Notes: generated from the letters alone by a model not told the origin. Positions 46,254 to 57,370 are shown, numbered from the stretch's first letter. The stretch: 64,000 nucleotides of DNA from an uncultured Planctomycetaceae bacterium (GCA_963833985.1 CAWIAD010000002.1:5536001-5600000); one strand, 5' to 3'. A program made the numbers and translations.

Positions 46254-48114
46254 TCGCTGGACGGCCCCCGACTGGGAACGCGAGCACCTGCTGGCCGGCT
46301 TCGAGCGTTTCCATGCGCGGCTGCTCGCCTGGGCGCAGTCCGCCCCGCTCTGGCCGCCCTTCACCGCGGCCGGAAGCCTGATCTCGCGCCTTGAACCTCG
46401 ACTGCAAGTCCCCGAGATCGACCTCGACCGGGCGCTGGTGATCGGCTTCCTGGGTGGTTCCGGCACGGGCAAGAGCACGCTCTACAATGCCCTGTTGGGC
46501 CGGCCGGTGAGCCGGGCCGGCAAGGAATTCCGGCCCATGACCCGCCGGGCCATCGTCGCCTGCCATCCCGATGTGGATCCCTCGTTTCTGGGGCTCGAGA
46601 GCGACCTCGTCGAGGTCCATCGCCTGAAGATCCCGCTGCTCGAACAGATGATCCTCATCGACTGCCCGGACCCCGACACCCAGGATCCCGAAGACGGTGC
46701 CGGCGGCCAGCGCCATCTCGACATCCTCCGCATCGTGCTGCCCCACTGCGACGTGATCGTGCACACCATCACCGCGCAGAAATACAAGTCGTACGTGGTT
46801 GGCCAGGAGCTGCTCAAGAACGCGCCGGGACGGCAGATCCTCTACGTCCAGACACATGCCGCAATCGACCCCGACAACCGGGCCGACCTGCGGAGATACC
46901 TGGACGACCTCGGTCTGCGCGTTCCCCAGGTTTTCCGCTTCGACGCGGTTGAGGCGCTCGCCCACGAGATGCTCGGAGAGCCCGTGGACGGCGATTTCAG
47001 ACGGTTCCGCGATTTGCTGGAGCACGAGCTGGCAAGCCGGGCGCGGCACCGCATCCGCCGGGCCAACCTGCTCGGGCTCTACCAGTGGCTGCTCGGCACG
47101 ATCCGCGCACCGATGGACCTCCGGCTGGAGGACGTGGCCAGGCTAGAGCAAGCCATGGAGCACGAGCGTTCGGCGCTCTTGACGAAGGTCCGCGCCCGGC
47201 TCGCCGAGCGGATCGGGGCCAACCGGAGGCTCTGGCGGTCACGCGCGCTGAAGCAGTTGACCCAGACCTGGGGCGCCGGGCCGCTGGCCGGCCTGCTCGG
47301 GCTCTGGTCGGCCTGTGGCAGCGTGGTCCGCTCGCTCATCCTCCTGCGGGCCCGCACGCCCACCCAGGCGCTGCTCGCCGGCGGCCTGGCCCTGACGCAG
47401 CTTGCCGGCGAGAAGTGGCGCGAGCATCAGGCGGCAACGGCCTGGGCCGCCGAGGCCGACCTGGGGTTGACCGAGGCTGACCTGGCCCGGGCGCGCAGCG
47501 TGCTCCGCGGCCATCTGGCGGACGCCGAGATCGAGCTGGCCACGGCCACGGCCTCATCCGTGGGCCAGTCATCCGGCGACCTGTCGGCAGAGCAACTGGG
47601 AGCCGTCGCCCTGCAAATCTACCAGAAGCTGGATACCGACATTGCCGACGTGATCGAGCGGAGAGTGGCTCGCCGCGCCGGCCGGCTGGTTCACCTGTCT
47701 TTTGAGATGGCATTCTGTGCCCTGCCGGCCTATCTCGTGTTCCACATGGGCCGCAACTTCTTCTATGAACATCTCTGGAACAACGCTCCTCTTCTGGGGC
47801 TCGACTTCTTCTTCCAGGCGGCCTTCTGGTGCCTGCTCTGGGGCGTGGCTCTGAGCGCCCTGCTGCTGAGCTGGCTCAGCCGCGGGCTGGAACGGCAACT
47901 CAACGACGTGGTCGTCCGTCTTTCGCCCGAGCATCTCTTCGACGCACTCTATGCGGACTCCGCCGCGGCCTGCCAGGCCATCCGTCGCCACGCCAGCGCC
48001 CTGGCCGTCCTGGAACGCGAGCTCAAGCAACTGGAAGACCAGGTTGGCGGCGTGCTCGACCTGGGACTGGGAGCCATGCGGGTCAGCTCAGGGGAGCCTC
48101 AGGCAACTCCATGA
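46246..48114 (+). CDS. Second TRAFAC GTPase (dynamin-like) with two C-terminal TM helices
   Basis: G1 GGSGTGKS, G2 RPMT, G3 DCPDPD, QKY, G4-like QTHA; overlaps the upstream stop. Confidence 0.8.
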   Translation: MVDRWTAPDWEREHLLAGFERFHARLLAWAQSAPLWPPFTAAGSLISRLEPRLQVPEIDLDRALVIGFLGGSGTGKSTLYNALLGRPVSRAGKEFRPMTRRAIVACHPDVDPSFLGLESDLVEVHRLKIPLLEQMILIDCPDPDTQDPEDGAGGQRHLDILRIVLPHCDVIVHTITAQKYKSYVVGQELLKNAPGRQILYVQTHAAIDPDNRADLRRYLDDLGLRVPQVFRFDAVEALAHEMLGEPVDGDFRRFRDLLEHELASRARHRIRRANLLGLYQWLLGTIRAPMDLRLEDVARLEQAMEHERSALLTKVRARLAERIGANRRLWRSRALKQLTQTWGAGPLAGLLGLWSACGSVVRSLILLRARTPTQALLAGGLALTQLAGEKWREHQAATAWAAEADLGLTEADLARARSVLRGHLADAEIELATATASSVGQSSGDLSAEQLGAVALQIYQKLDTDIADVIERRVARRAGRLVHLSFEMAFCALPAYLVFHMGRNFFYEHLWNNAPLLGLDFFFQAAFWCLLWGVALSALLLSWLSRGLERQLNDVVVRLSPEHLFDALYADSAAACQAIRRHASALAVLERELKQLEDQVGGVLDLGLGAMRVSSGEPQATP

Positions 48115-48142
48115 ACGAGTGATCAGAAAAAGGAGCCATTTC

Positions 48143-50007
48143 ATGAAAAGCAACCAGGATTCAAGACGATCCGGCCTGGTGGGACACGTGCTCCCGTATG
48201 GTCTCGTCATCCTGACATTGTTGGCGGCCGCCGGACTGGCACGAGCCGACGCCACCATCGGCCAGATGACAAGCTGGCCGATCGTGATCGCGGCGGGCGC
48301 TGCGCCGCGGAGCGGCATGCGGCCAGCGAGTTCCGCGACCTCGTGGCACAAGCAACCGGCAAGCGAATGGAAATTATCACCGCGAGCGAACCGCGAGACT
48401 CCGGGGTTTTCGTGGGCAAGGCATCACGCTGCGCAACCGGGGATCTCGGTGAGGAGGCGTTCCGCATCGCGGTCGATGAGCGCCGCATCGACATTGCCGG
48501 AGGCACGCCGCGGGGAACGCTCTACGGTGTGTACTCGTTCCTGGAAGATTCACTCGGCGTGCGCTTCCTCACACCCGATCACACGCATGTTCCCCGGGTT
48601 GATGCCGGTCTGGCACTCAAGACGGGTGAGCGCAGCTTCCGGCCCCGGTTCTCGTGGAGATACTCGTACTACGGCATGAACTCAGCGCACCCCGAGTTCG
48701 CGGCCCGGCTCCGCAACAACGCGGTCACCAACCGCGCGGAGCTGGGCGGCCGATCGAGCTGGTCGCTCATCTCGCACAGCGTCGACCATTACGTTCCCGT
48801 GGCAAAGTACGGCAAGGACCATCCCGATTACTTCAGCCTGGTGAACGGCAAGCGGCGTAGCTTCATGCATGACGACCATTTCGAGGCGGGAGGCACGCAG
48901 CCATGCTTCACCAACCCCGACGTCAAGGCCCTGATGATCCGGGGCGTACTTGACCGGCTGGCGCACACGGGGCAAACCGCGGGCAACATCGCCATCAGTC
49001 AGAACGATAACACGATGTACTGCCGTTGTGACGGCTGCCGGGCCATCGACGAGCGTGAAGAGTCGCACATGGGCGCCCTGCTGACGCTGATCAACGAGGC
49101 TGCCGACGCCGTGGCGAAGGAGCGCCCGGGCGTCTTCGTGGGCACACTCGCCTACCAGTTTTCGCGCACGCCTCCGCGGTCGCTGCGGCCGCACCCCAAC
49201 GTGGCCATTCAGCTTTGCAGCATCGAGGCGTGCCAGATCCACCCCCTGAACGACCCTTCCTGCCCCAGAAACGTCGCGTTCTGCAAGGACCTGGAAGGGT
49301 GGTGCAAAATCTGCAACCATGTCTACGTCTGGAACTACAACACCAACTTCACTTGCTACAACGCCCCCTGCCCCAACATGGACATCATCGGGCCCAACGT
49401 CCGCTTCCTCGCGGCCCACGGAGTCAACGGCGTATTCATGCAAGCGGCTGGCAACGCTCAGAACACCGAACTCTGCGAGCTGCGAAATTACCTCATCTCA
49501 CGGCTCCTCTGGGACCCGACCCTCGACGACCGCAAGCTGATTGACGAGTTCGTCACGCTCCATTACGGACGGGCGGCTGACAAGGTGCGCGCCTATCTGG
49601 CTCTCATCGGCGACACCGCCCGGCGCTCGGGCATCCACCAGAACTGCTTCGGCACCGCGGCCAGCTACGGAATGGACGCCGCGACCGCCCGCAAGGGACT
49701 GGCCATGCTGGAAGAGGGCATGGCCCTGGCAGACACCGACGATGTCAAGCGGCGGGTCGAGAAGGTCTCGATCGCACCCCGCACGGTCCTGATCGAGCCG
49801 TTCGCGCGGTGGGTACGCAACCATCAGCAGGAGGTCAGGTCAACGGCCGGCGCCAGGGCCCCGGCCGAGGCGTACTCGGGAATCGAGAACGAGCTGCGCA
49901 CGGTCTTCCGGCTTTACGACCGGCACGGCGTTGACCGTTTCGCGGAGTGGATTCCCATGCCACAAGCAAAGGCGGCGCTCCCCGCGGGGCTGCTCGCGGG
50001 GAGCTGA
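48143..50007 (+). CDS. DUF4838 glycoside-hydrolase-like secreted protein, frameshift near 48308
   Basis: Signal peptide; shifted frame ERHAASEFRDLVAQATG; RGTLYGVYSFLE..LGVRF, HPDYFSL, QPCFTNP, SQND..YCRCDGC, LAYQ, VWNY, SRLLWDP. Confidence 0.8.
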
Positions 50008-50014
50008 GCGGCCC

Positions 50015-50846
50015 TCAGCCCTCGTCGTATGCCTTGATCCGCCGCACCCAGATGTTGCGGAACCGCACCGGGCTGCCGTGATCCTGCAAGAGGATCGGCC
50101 CCTTGGGACCGTGCGGCCGGTAATGCGGCAGCGCACGATACGACATGGGCCCGATCACGGCCGCGTGGTTATGCACCACGACCCCGTTGTGCAGCACCGT
50201 GGCGTACGCGGGTGTGTCAAGTGCGCCGTCTTCCTTGAATTTCGGGGCGGTGAAGAGGATGTCGTAACTTTGCCACTGGCCGGGCGGGCGTGAGGCGTTT
50301 ACCAGGGGCGGGTACTGCCCGTAGATCGCCGCGGCGTGGCCGTCGGCATAGGTCAGGTTGTTGTAGCAGTCGAGAACCTGGATCTCGTAGCGGCCGAAGA
50401 ACATGACGCCACTGTTGCCGCGGCCCTGGTCCTCGCTCACGGGAGGAACGGGGCTCGCGAATTCAAGGTGGAGCTGGCAGTCACCGAACTCGTCCTGGCT
50501 CACGATCGCCCCGGTGTGCGGGCGGATGACGATTGCACCGTCCTCGATGTTCCAGCGCCGGCCCGCCGCGCTCACCCCGCCAGTGAGACAGGTCCTTGCC
50601 GTCGAACAGCACGACGGCGTCGGAGGGGGCCTTGCCCACGGTCTCCTGCGTGCTACAGGTTCCCGGCGTGATCACCGGCGGCATGGGCCGGTCGCTGTCG
50701 TGCACGTGCCAGCGGTTGCCCGGCAGCATCGGCGTGTCCTTGAAGCCGTGCTTCGGCCGGGCCTGGTCCTGGCCCGAGGCGCCTGTTAACAGCAACATCA
50801 GCGTGACGGACGCCGTGGCGAGTACGATTCGCAGTGAAGTGAACAT
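50015..50846 (-). CDS. DUF1080 (3-keto-disaccharide hydrolase-like) protein, frameshift near 50557
   Basis: APSDAVVLFDGKDLSHW then shifted WNIEDG...FGDCQLHLEF, GNSGV, YEIQVLD, WQSYDI, LQDHG.PVRFRNIW. Confidence 0.88.
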
Positions 50847-50932
50847 ACAAGTCTCTTTCCAGTAGGCGGGCCGCGGCACGCCCGGCTCTCGCGGGGACGC
50901 TGCCGGCAGCCCGAGTTCTCGAGGTCCAGTGA

Positions 50933-52132
50933 CTACGCTTTGCCTGTCTCTTCCCGGTGGTTCAGAAGTTCCTGGATATGCGGCGCGAAGAGCCGCGGTT
51001 CCAGCAGGAATGCGTCGTGTCCCTTGTCCGAGTGCACCGTGATCCACATGACCGGTACTCGTGCCCGCTTCAGCAGGGTTACCAGCTTGGCCTGCTCCTG
51101 CGGTGGAAACGAAAGATCCGAATCGATGCTGAAGACCAGGAACTCCTGGTGCCGGCAGCGCTGGAACAGGTCCTTGAAGTCCCGGGCGCCGGCCTCGGCC
51201 ACCAGGTCGAACCACTGCCAGGCGTCGAGGATCCTCAGGTAAGTGTTGGCGTCGAAGCGGCGGACGAACTTCTCTCCCTGGTGCAGCATGTACGATTCCA
51301 CGGGATGGTTCATCTCGTACCAGCCGTAGGGAGGCTTCTGGCTGACGATCTCGGTGCGGGCCCGCTCGCGCAGCGTGTCCAGCGACACAAACGTCTTGTG
51401 GGCGATCCGCCGCGCCAGGGCCAGGCCCAGATGGGGCGGCGACCCGTCGTAGTAATCGCCCCCGCGGAAGTTCGGGTCGGCCTCGATGGCGGCCACCTGC
51501 TCGAAGTTGATGATCCGCTGGTAGATCGTCGTCTCCACGCCCGTGCCGATGGGCAGCACGATCCGCACCCGGTCCGGGTAACGCGTGGCCATCAGCAAGC
51601 TCAGAAACCCGCCGATCGAGGCCCCCACCGTCGCGTGTACCTGGCGCACGCCCAGATGATCGAGCAGCTTGATCTGTGAATCAACGATGTCGCTCATCCG
51701 CAGGACGGGAAACGAAGGGCCCCAGTAGGTGCCCGTCTCCGGGTGGGTCGACGCCGGACCCGTTGATCCGTAACAGCCTCCCAGGTAATTCGCGCAGATC
51801 ACGCAGAACTTGCGTGTATCAAGCGCCTTGCCCGGCCCGATGAAGCCGTTCCACCAGCCCTCGTGCACTTCTTCGGTCCAGCGGCCGTCCAGCTCCGCCA
51901 CCCTGGTATTGACGCCGGCCGCGTGCTGGTTGCCGGTCATCGCGTGGAAGAGCAGGATCACGTTCGAACGCTCGGCGTTCATCCGGCCGTACATCTCGTA
52001 GGCCAGCGTGAACCGGTCCAGTGGCTGGCCCACGCGCAGCACGAGCGGCTTGTCAGGGTCGTGGTACTCGAAGAACCGCGTGCGAGTTTTGGCAATGGAG
52101 TGAGTCATGAACGGCGAGTCGGTCGTGGCCAT
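50933..52132 (-). CDS. metX: Homoserine O-acetyltransferase
   Basis: HAMTG, GWW..FIGPGKALDT, NYLGGCYGSTGP, GASIGG nucleophile, RFDANTY, DSD, GHDAFLLE; downstream of metY. Confidence 0.9.
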   Translation of the reverse strand: MATTDSPFMTHSIAKTRTRFFEYHDPDKPLVLRVGQPLDRFTLAYEMYGRMNAERSNVILLFHAMTGNQHAAGVNTRVAELDGRWTEEVHEGWWNGFIGPGKALDTRKFCVICANYLGGCYGSTGPASTHPETGTYWGPSFPVLRMSDIVDSQIKLLDHLGVRQVHATVGASIGGFLSLLMATRYPDRVRIVLPIGTGVETTIYQRIINFEQVAAIEADPNFRGGDYYDGSPPHLGLALARRIAHKTFVSLDTLRERARTEIVSQKPPYGWYEMNHPVESYMLHQGEKFVRRFDANTYLRILDAWQWFDLVAEAGARDFKDLFQRCRHQEFLVFSIDSDLSFPPQEQAKLVTLLKRARVPVMWITVHSDKGHDAFLLEPRLFAPHIQELLNHREETGKA

Positions 52133-52195
52133 CGTTCCGTGGGAACCAGCATGTGGCAGGAATGACACCTCCACCCTCCGGCTGAGCTGGAGATC

Positions 52196-53482
52196 TCAGG
52201 CCGTGGTGCAGAGAGCCTGGTCCAGGTCGGCAAGAATATCGTCGATATGCTCGATGCCGACGCTCAGGCGAACCAGCTCGGGTGCAATACCGGCCTCGCG
52301 CTGCTGCCGCTCGTCGAGCTGCGAGTGGGTGGTCGTCGCGGGGTGAATCGCCAGGCTCTTGGCATCGCCCACGTTGGCCAGGTGCGAGAACAGCCGCAGC
52401 GCCTCGATGAAGCGGGGGCCTGTCTCGCTGCCTCCCTTGATGCCAAAGACCACCATCGACCCACCCTTGCCGCGCAGGTACTTGCGGTTGAGCGCGAACA
52501 TGGGGTCGTCTTCCAGGCCTGGGTAGCGCACCCACTCCACCCTGGGGTGCCCCTTGAGGAAGCCGGCGACGGCCCGGGCATTCTCGCAGTGCCGCTCCAT
52601 CCTCAGGGGCAGCGTCTCGATTCCCTGGAGAAACATCCAGGCGTTGTCGGGAGAGATGCAGGCGCCCAGGTTGCGCAGGGGCACCGTGCGCATCCGCAGG
52701 ATGAACGCCAGCGGGCGTAAGGGGTCGGGCAGGTCCATCCCCCAGCGCAGGCCGTGGTAGCTGGTGTCGGCCGTGGTGTAAAGCGGATGCTTGCCGGCCG
52801 CCCAGGGGAACTTGCCGCTGTCGACGACGATGCCGCCAATGCCCGTGCCATGCCCGCCGAACCACTTCGTCAGCGAGTGCACCACGATGTCCGCGCCGTG
52901 CTGCAACGGCTGCGTGAGATACGGCGTGGAGAACGTGGCATCGACGATCAGGGGAAGGCCGTGATCGTGAGCCACCCGGGCGACCGCCTCCAGATCGGTG
53001 ATCTCCAGCGCGGGGTTGGAAACCGTCTCGCAGAACAGGGCTCGGGTCTTCTCGTCAATCGCGGCCGCGAAGTTCTGAGGGTTGTTGGAATCGACGAACT
53101 TGGTGGTGATGCCCAGCCCCGGCAGGATGTCGTGGAACTGCGTGTAGGTGCCGCCATACAGGTTGCGGGCGGACACGATATTGTCGCCGGCCTGCGCGAC
53201 ATTGATGACCGCGTAGAAGACCCCGCTGGTCCCCGAAGCCACGCCCAGGCCGCCCAGCTCGGGAGCTCCCTCCAGCAGGGCCACGCGCTTCTCCAGCACG
53301 TCTGTCGTGGGGTTCATGAGCCGGGTGTAGATGTTCCCCAGCTCGCGCAGGGCGAACAGGTTGGCCGCGTGCTCGGCGTTCTTGAACACGTACGAGCTGG
53401 TGCGATAAATCGGCACGCCGCGGGACAGGGTGGTCGGGTCCGGCTGCGTGCCGCCGTGCAGGCAAAGGGTCTCGAGCTTCAT
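52196..53482 (-). CDS. metY: O-acetylhomoserine aminocarboxypropyltransferase (sulfhydrylase)
   Basis: ETLCLHGG, PIYRTSSY, GNIYTRLMNPT, LYGGT, HSLTKWFGGHG (PLP lysine), HLANVGDAKSLAIHPATTTH. Confidence 0.93.
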   Translation of the reverse strand: MKLETLCLHGGTQPDPTTLSRGVPIYRTSSYVFKNAEHAANLFALRELGNIYTRLMNPTTDVLEKRVALLEGAPELGGLGVASGTSGVFYAVINVAQAGDNIVSARNLYGGTYTQFHDILPGLGITTKFVDSNNPQNFAAAIDEKTRALFCETVSNPALEITDLEAVARVAHDHGLPLIVDATFSTPYLTQPLQHGADIVVHSLTKWFGGHGTGIGGIVVDSGKFPWAAGKHPLYTTADTSYHGLRWGMDLPDPLRPLAFILRMRTVPLRNLGACISPDNAWMFLQGIETLPLRMERHCENARAVAGFLKGHPRVEWVRYPGLEDDPMFALNRKYLRGKGGSMVVFGIKGGSETGPRFIEALRLFSHLANVGDAKSLAIHPATTTHSQLDERQQREAGIAPELVRLSVGIEHIDDILADLDQALCTTA

Positions 53483-53849
53483 GATGGCGCCGTCGTTTCC
53501 ACAGGAGAGGAATGGCATCCCGGGTGGGACAATCGGGGTCAGCGGACCCATCAACCTCGCGATGCATGAATTAAAACCGAGAATTCCCCGCGATGCCAGT
53601 GAGAACCGGCACACCGCGCCTGTCACCGGCCTCGGCATGATGCAAGCCGGTCCGTCGGGCCGGCCGGAGCGCAGGCCATCCGGGAAGGCTCGCCCATCCG
53701 GCCCTGGGATAGGAATTGACCTCCGGGCCGGAGATTCTCAACGTAAGCTCAATTTCTTCAAGGGCTTTCGGCGTAAAGCGACACTCGATTCCCCCGCGGG
53801 GCCAGATTTTTCTTGGACATCGACCGCGATCTGCTCACTAGTGACTGTC

Positions 53850-54377
53850 ATGAGCGACAAACCGACCAACGATGACCTGGTCCGACGCGCGATCGCCGGC
53901 GACATCGCCGCCTTCGGCGCGCTCTACGACCGGACTGTCCGCCTGGTCCGTGCGGTCGCTGCCGATGCCGGGCCTGATGCGGCCGATGATGTGACGCATG
54001 ACACGTTCCTCCGGGCTTATCGCACGCTGAAGACCCTCCGCGACCCGGCCCGCTTCGCCCCCTGGCTCGTTGGCATTGCGCGACTCGTCGTCCTGGAGCG
54101 CCGGCGAGCCCATCGCTTCGACCCTTTGCCCGAACTGACCCCGGCGCCGGCCTCCACCGAGTCAGATGCCAGCGACGAGGCGGAGGAACTCCTCCGCGCT
54201 GTCGCCAGGCTCCCCGAGGAGGAACGCCTCGCCGTCCGATTCTTCTTCCTCAACGAGCGCAGCATCGAGGAGACCGCAAGGCTCCTCAATCGCTCACGTT
54301 CCGGTACATACGCCGTCCTGCAACGCGCGAAGGTCAGGCTGGCACGATGGCTCCAGGAATGTGGGGTGAGCCGATGA
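53850..54377 (+). CDS. ECF sigma-70 factor
   Basis: DLVRRAIAGDIAAFGALYDR, DDVTHDTFLRAY, FAPWLVGIAR; region 4 LPEEERLAV...SIEETA...RAKVRL. Confidence 0.9.
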   Translation: MSDKPTNDDLVRRAIAGDIAAFGALYDRTVRLVRAVAADAGPDAADDVTHDTFLRAYRTLKTLRDPARFAPWLVGIARLVVLERRRAHRFDPLPELTPAPASTESDASDEAEELLRAVARLPEEERLAVRFFFLNERSIEETARLLNRSRSGTYAVLQRAKVRLARWLQECGVSR

Positions 54378-55621
54378 ACGACCTCAGTGACGAACAGATC
54401 GATCGCCTCGAATCCGCCCACGCGACCTTCTCGCGAGCGGACGGAGCCGCCCGGACGCGGCTCCTTGCGGCTTTGGCGGCGGATGTCCCGCCGGCCTTCC
54501 GACCAATCCGCAAGTCGAGGATCGAAATGATGAGACGCCATGCCTCCAGGGCCGCGATCGCCGCGACCCTACTCGTTGCCACGACCATTGCATGGCAACT
54601 GAACCGACCGACAAATGTGTTCGCCCAGGTCGCCGGGGCCATGTCCCGGGCCAGAGGGTTCCGGTGCGACATGGTCATGGTCACGCCGGGCTACAACGAC
54701 ACCGAGAATGCCGAACTCATCGCCCATGTTTCCTGGATCCCGTCCGGCGCAGAGCGCATCGACCACATCCAGAATGGTACCCCAGATTCGAGCCTCATCT
54801 ACCGGCCCGGCCAGAACGGTCTCGAGCTCGAGCACAACGTGAAGCAATTCCAGATCATCCCGAAGTCCGCCGTGCGGGAGTTCTCCTTTGGGCTCTTCGG
54901 CGGCCTCGGCGAGTACCGCGGCAAGGCCGAGCCGATCCGCGGAGTGAAGGAGATCCGCGGAGTGAAAGCCGAGGGCTTCACCGTCCCCTGGCCCACCGTC
55001 GTCGGCGACGACACCCACGCGAATGCAAAAGTCCAGGTCTGGATCGACCGAGCTACGGCCCTCCCCGTCCGCGTCGACCTCCTCGGCATGGACCCCAGCG
55101 GCTCCGCCGTCTTGCGGTTCGAAGACTTCCGCTGGGGCCCGCAGGATCCTTCTCTCTTCGACACTTCCGCGCCCGCCGGTTATGCGAAGATGCCGGCCAC
55201 CGACGTCAAGGCCGATGAGATCACCCAGTACGTCAAGGACGGCCTGTCCATCTTCGCCAGGTACAACAACGGCAAGTACCCAGCCGTCAAGTACGTCTAC
55301 GGGGACGAGCAGGGCGAAGCCCTCCGCAAGCTCATGGGGATGCCGCGCAACGCGATCGGCTGGGCCAAGAGCGAGGACTCCAGGTCGCGCCACACGAAGG
55401 AAGGCGAATTCGCATACGGGTCCTACTGCCTCTCCTGGATCAACGTCATCCAGCGAGACTTCGCCGATGGGGTCTACAACGGCAAGACCGTCACACCCAG
55501 GGACGCCGCAAAGGTTCTCGTGCGCTGGCAGCTCGCCGATGGGGATTACCAGGTCATCTTCGGCGATCTCTCCTCGGCGACCGTCTCTCCGGCTCGCCTC
55601 CGCCATCTCGAGTCCCGCTGA
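54374..55621 (+). CDS. Putative membrane-anchored anti-sigma factor with LolA-like periplasmic domain
   Basis: ATGA overlap with the sigma gene; single TM then FAQVAGAM; LGEY..K...VKEIRGVKAEGF, VWIDRATALPVRVD, DPSLF..APAGY. Confidence 0.65.
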   Translation: MNDLSDEQIDRLESAHATFSRADGAARTRLLAALAADVPPAFRPIRKSRIEMMRRHASRAAIAATLLVATTIAWQLNRPTNVFAQVAGAMSRARGFRCDMVMVTPGYNDTENAELIAHVSWIPSGAERIDHIQNGTPDSSLIYRPGQNGLELEHNVKQFQIIPKSAVREFSFGLFGGLGEYRGKAEPIRGVKEIRGVKAEGFTVPWPTVVGDDTHANAKVQVWIDRATALPVRVDLLGMDPSGSAVLRFEDFRWGPQDPSLFDTSAPAGYAKMPATDVKADEITQYVKDGLSIFARYNNGKYPAVKYVYGDEQGEALRKLMGMPRNAIGWAKSEDSRSRHTKEGEFAYGSYCLSWINVIQRDFADGVYNGKTVTPRDAAKVLVRWQLADGDYQVIFGDLSSATVSPARLRHLESR

Positions 55622-55784
55622 CACCCTGTACCCCCGGCGTTCTCACACCGGGGATACTCCGCGCCTCCAGCATGACGAGCCAGCGCCGGAACGGGGGACA
55701 AAAAAATGGTCAAGCGCGGACAAAGTTCCGCCGCGCGGCTCGTATTCCGTGCGTCATGGGCTTCCCATTTCGTTTTATGATAAT

Positions 55785-55855
55785 GGGACGACGAGGGGAA
55801 ACAGGGACGGAGGGGAAAGGGGGGCGAAGCTAGAATCGGGAACGAGCCGCGTCCC
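55785..55855. repeat. REP-like element (GGGGAAAC(A/G)GGGACG units + imperfect palindrome), truncated by the IS
   Basis: gggacgacgaggggaaacagggacggaggggaaaggggggcgaagctagaatcgggaacgagccgcgtccc; inverted near-copy at about 58044-58100. Confidence 0.65.
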
Positions 55856-57327
55856 GAATGGCATTAAGCTAAGCAGCAACATGTTGATCCAGTAACCGTT
55901 TACGTAATTCTCTCCGGGGTTTGTTCAAGCGATCATACTCTTTCGGGAGGCGCTTGATGGCGCGGGGCTCGAGGCGGTTGGGTCGCTCTGGATTAACGAT
56001 GAGCCGCGAGAGCTCTGTGCTCGCGTTCCCTTCGCACAACCAGCGTAGCGCGTCAATAAAGCTGATCCGCTCGACCGGGACGCCTTGTTGCCGTGCCGAC
56101 TCCGTCATCACCAGCCGCACGAGGTTGTAGACGATCGCATACACCGTCATCTCCTTGAGAACGCCTTCGACCGTCATGCATTTGAGAACATCAAACTTCA
56201 TTGTTGTCTTCAGGTGTCTCAAGTTGGTTTCCACCTGCCACCGCATGCCATAAAAGTTCGCAAGTTCTTTAAGCGTGTAAATTTCCGAATCCAAAAGCGT
56301 TGTCGCCAGCGTCACCGACCGGGTGCGGAAACCAGGCCGGGTAAGTTCATAGCGTGTCTCACGAAGAATCATCGATTCGGGTAATGCGCCGTAGCTCTCC
56401 TCGCTCATCCACGCCGGGCGGTCTGCTGGCTTGTACCACTCGACAATCTGGTCGAAGGACCCGAGCTGCTTGATCCACCGAGATCGAGGCAGACCCGCTG
56501 CTCCCTTCTGTCTCGGGCGGGCATGTCGTCGGCCAGGCGTGAAATCGACAATCTGCTTCTGGTGCATGCGGAAAACGGCGTGAACGCCGCGCTTTGCCAG
56601 CAACGCCAGGTGAACGAACGAGCAAAACCCTCGATCGCCGACCAGAACATCATCACGCTGGAGCATGGGATGGATCGCCTCGATCTGGGACATTTCACCG
56701 GTCCGTAGCGGAGCCGCCAGGATCTCGATCAACATCCCCGTGCCAGAGTGGAACAAGGCGAGAATCTTGGCGACTGGAAATCCACAGCCCGGCTGTTGAT
56801 TTCCAGGCTGACCAAAGTGGGCTTGAAGTTTCGGAGTATCGGGCATCGAGAACGAGGACCCGTCGAGCGCAAAGGTACGATGTCCCAACCACCTTGCCGT
56901 GGCGTCGATGTCCGGAGTGAGTGCCTTGACCAGACCTGTGAGCACGGCCTGAAAGATAGCCAAGGGAAGTCGGAGCCGCGCCTGGCAATAGGCCGAGTCG
57001 GTGAACTGGCGGTCGGCAAAGAGAGAGATATGCTTCAACGCCGTGCTTCCATGAAGCACCTGGATGAGAAACCAGTGGACAACCGCAACGGGGGTCAACA
57101 AACACTCCCGCCAGGTGTGCCCGACCTGGCGGCAGGCCGCGTTGATGGCGGACTCGTCGAGATGAGAAGGAAGGTCTTGCCGAAGCGCACGCAGCGCGGT
57201 ATCAATCCGTTGATGCATCCGAGGGCCTCCTGCACGGGGTCTGATTGACAACACCATCGTGCCAGGGGGCCGTCGTTTTCCTCAAGTCCTTTTCGAGACT
57301 GAGCTTGACGTTAGCTTAATGCCATTC
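55856..57327 (-). mobile_element. IS4-family insertion sequence, 1472 bp
   Basis: Perfect 17-bp terminal IRs gaatggcattaagctaa (55856-55872) / ttagcttaatgccattc (57311-57327) around a DDE transposase; no perfect target duplication. Confidence 0.9.
55869..57218 (-). CDS. IS4-family DDE transposase
   Basis: SAYCQARLRLP, ALDGSS..MPDT, VGDRGF, YGMRWQVETNLRHLK (Y-2-R-3-E-6-K); GGAGG before ATG 57218. Confidence 0.93.
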   Translation of the reverse strand: MHQRIDTALRALRQDLPSHLDESAINAACRQVGHTWRECLLTPVAVVHWFLIQVLHGSTALKHISLFADRQFTDSAYCQARLRLPLAIFQAVLTGLVKALTPDIDATARWLGHRTFALDGSSFSMPDTPKLQAHFGQPGNQQPGCGFPVAKILALFHSGTGMLIEILAAPLRTGEMSQIEAIHPMLQRDDVLVGDRGFCSFVHLALLAKRGVHAVFRMHQKQIVDFTPGRRHARPRQKGAAGLPRSRWIKQLGSFDQIVEWYKPADRPAWMSEESYGALPESMILRETRYELTRPGFRTRSVTLATTLLDSEIYTLKELANFYGMRWQVETNLRHLKTTMKFDVLKCMTVEGVLKEMTVYAIVYNLVRLVMTESARQQGVPVERISFIDALRWLCEGNASTELSRLIVNPERPNRLEPRAIKRLPKEYDRLNKPRRELRKRLLDQHVAA

Positions 57328-57370
57328 AGTAATGTCCCTTTCATACCCCCCGACATCACGCAGTTGCTGT

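Noticed and set aside
53483..53849. SAM riboswitch upstream of metY
   Set aside because: No SAM-I/IV core (ATCnAGAG...GCAAC) recognised on the minus strand.
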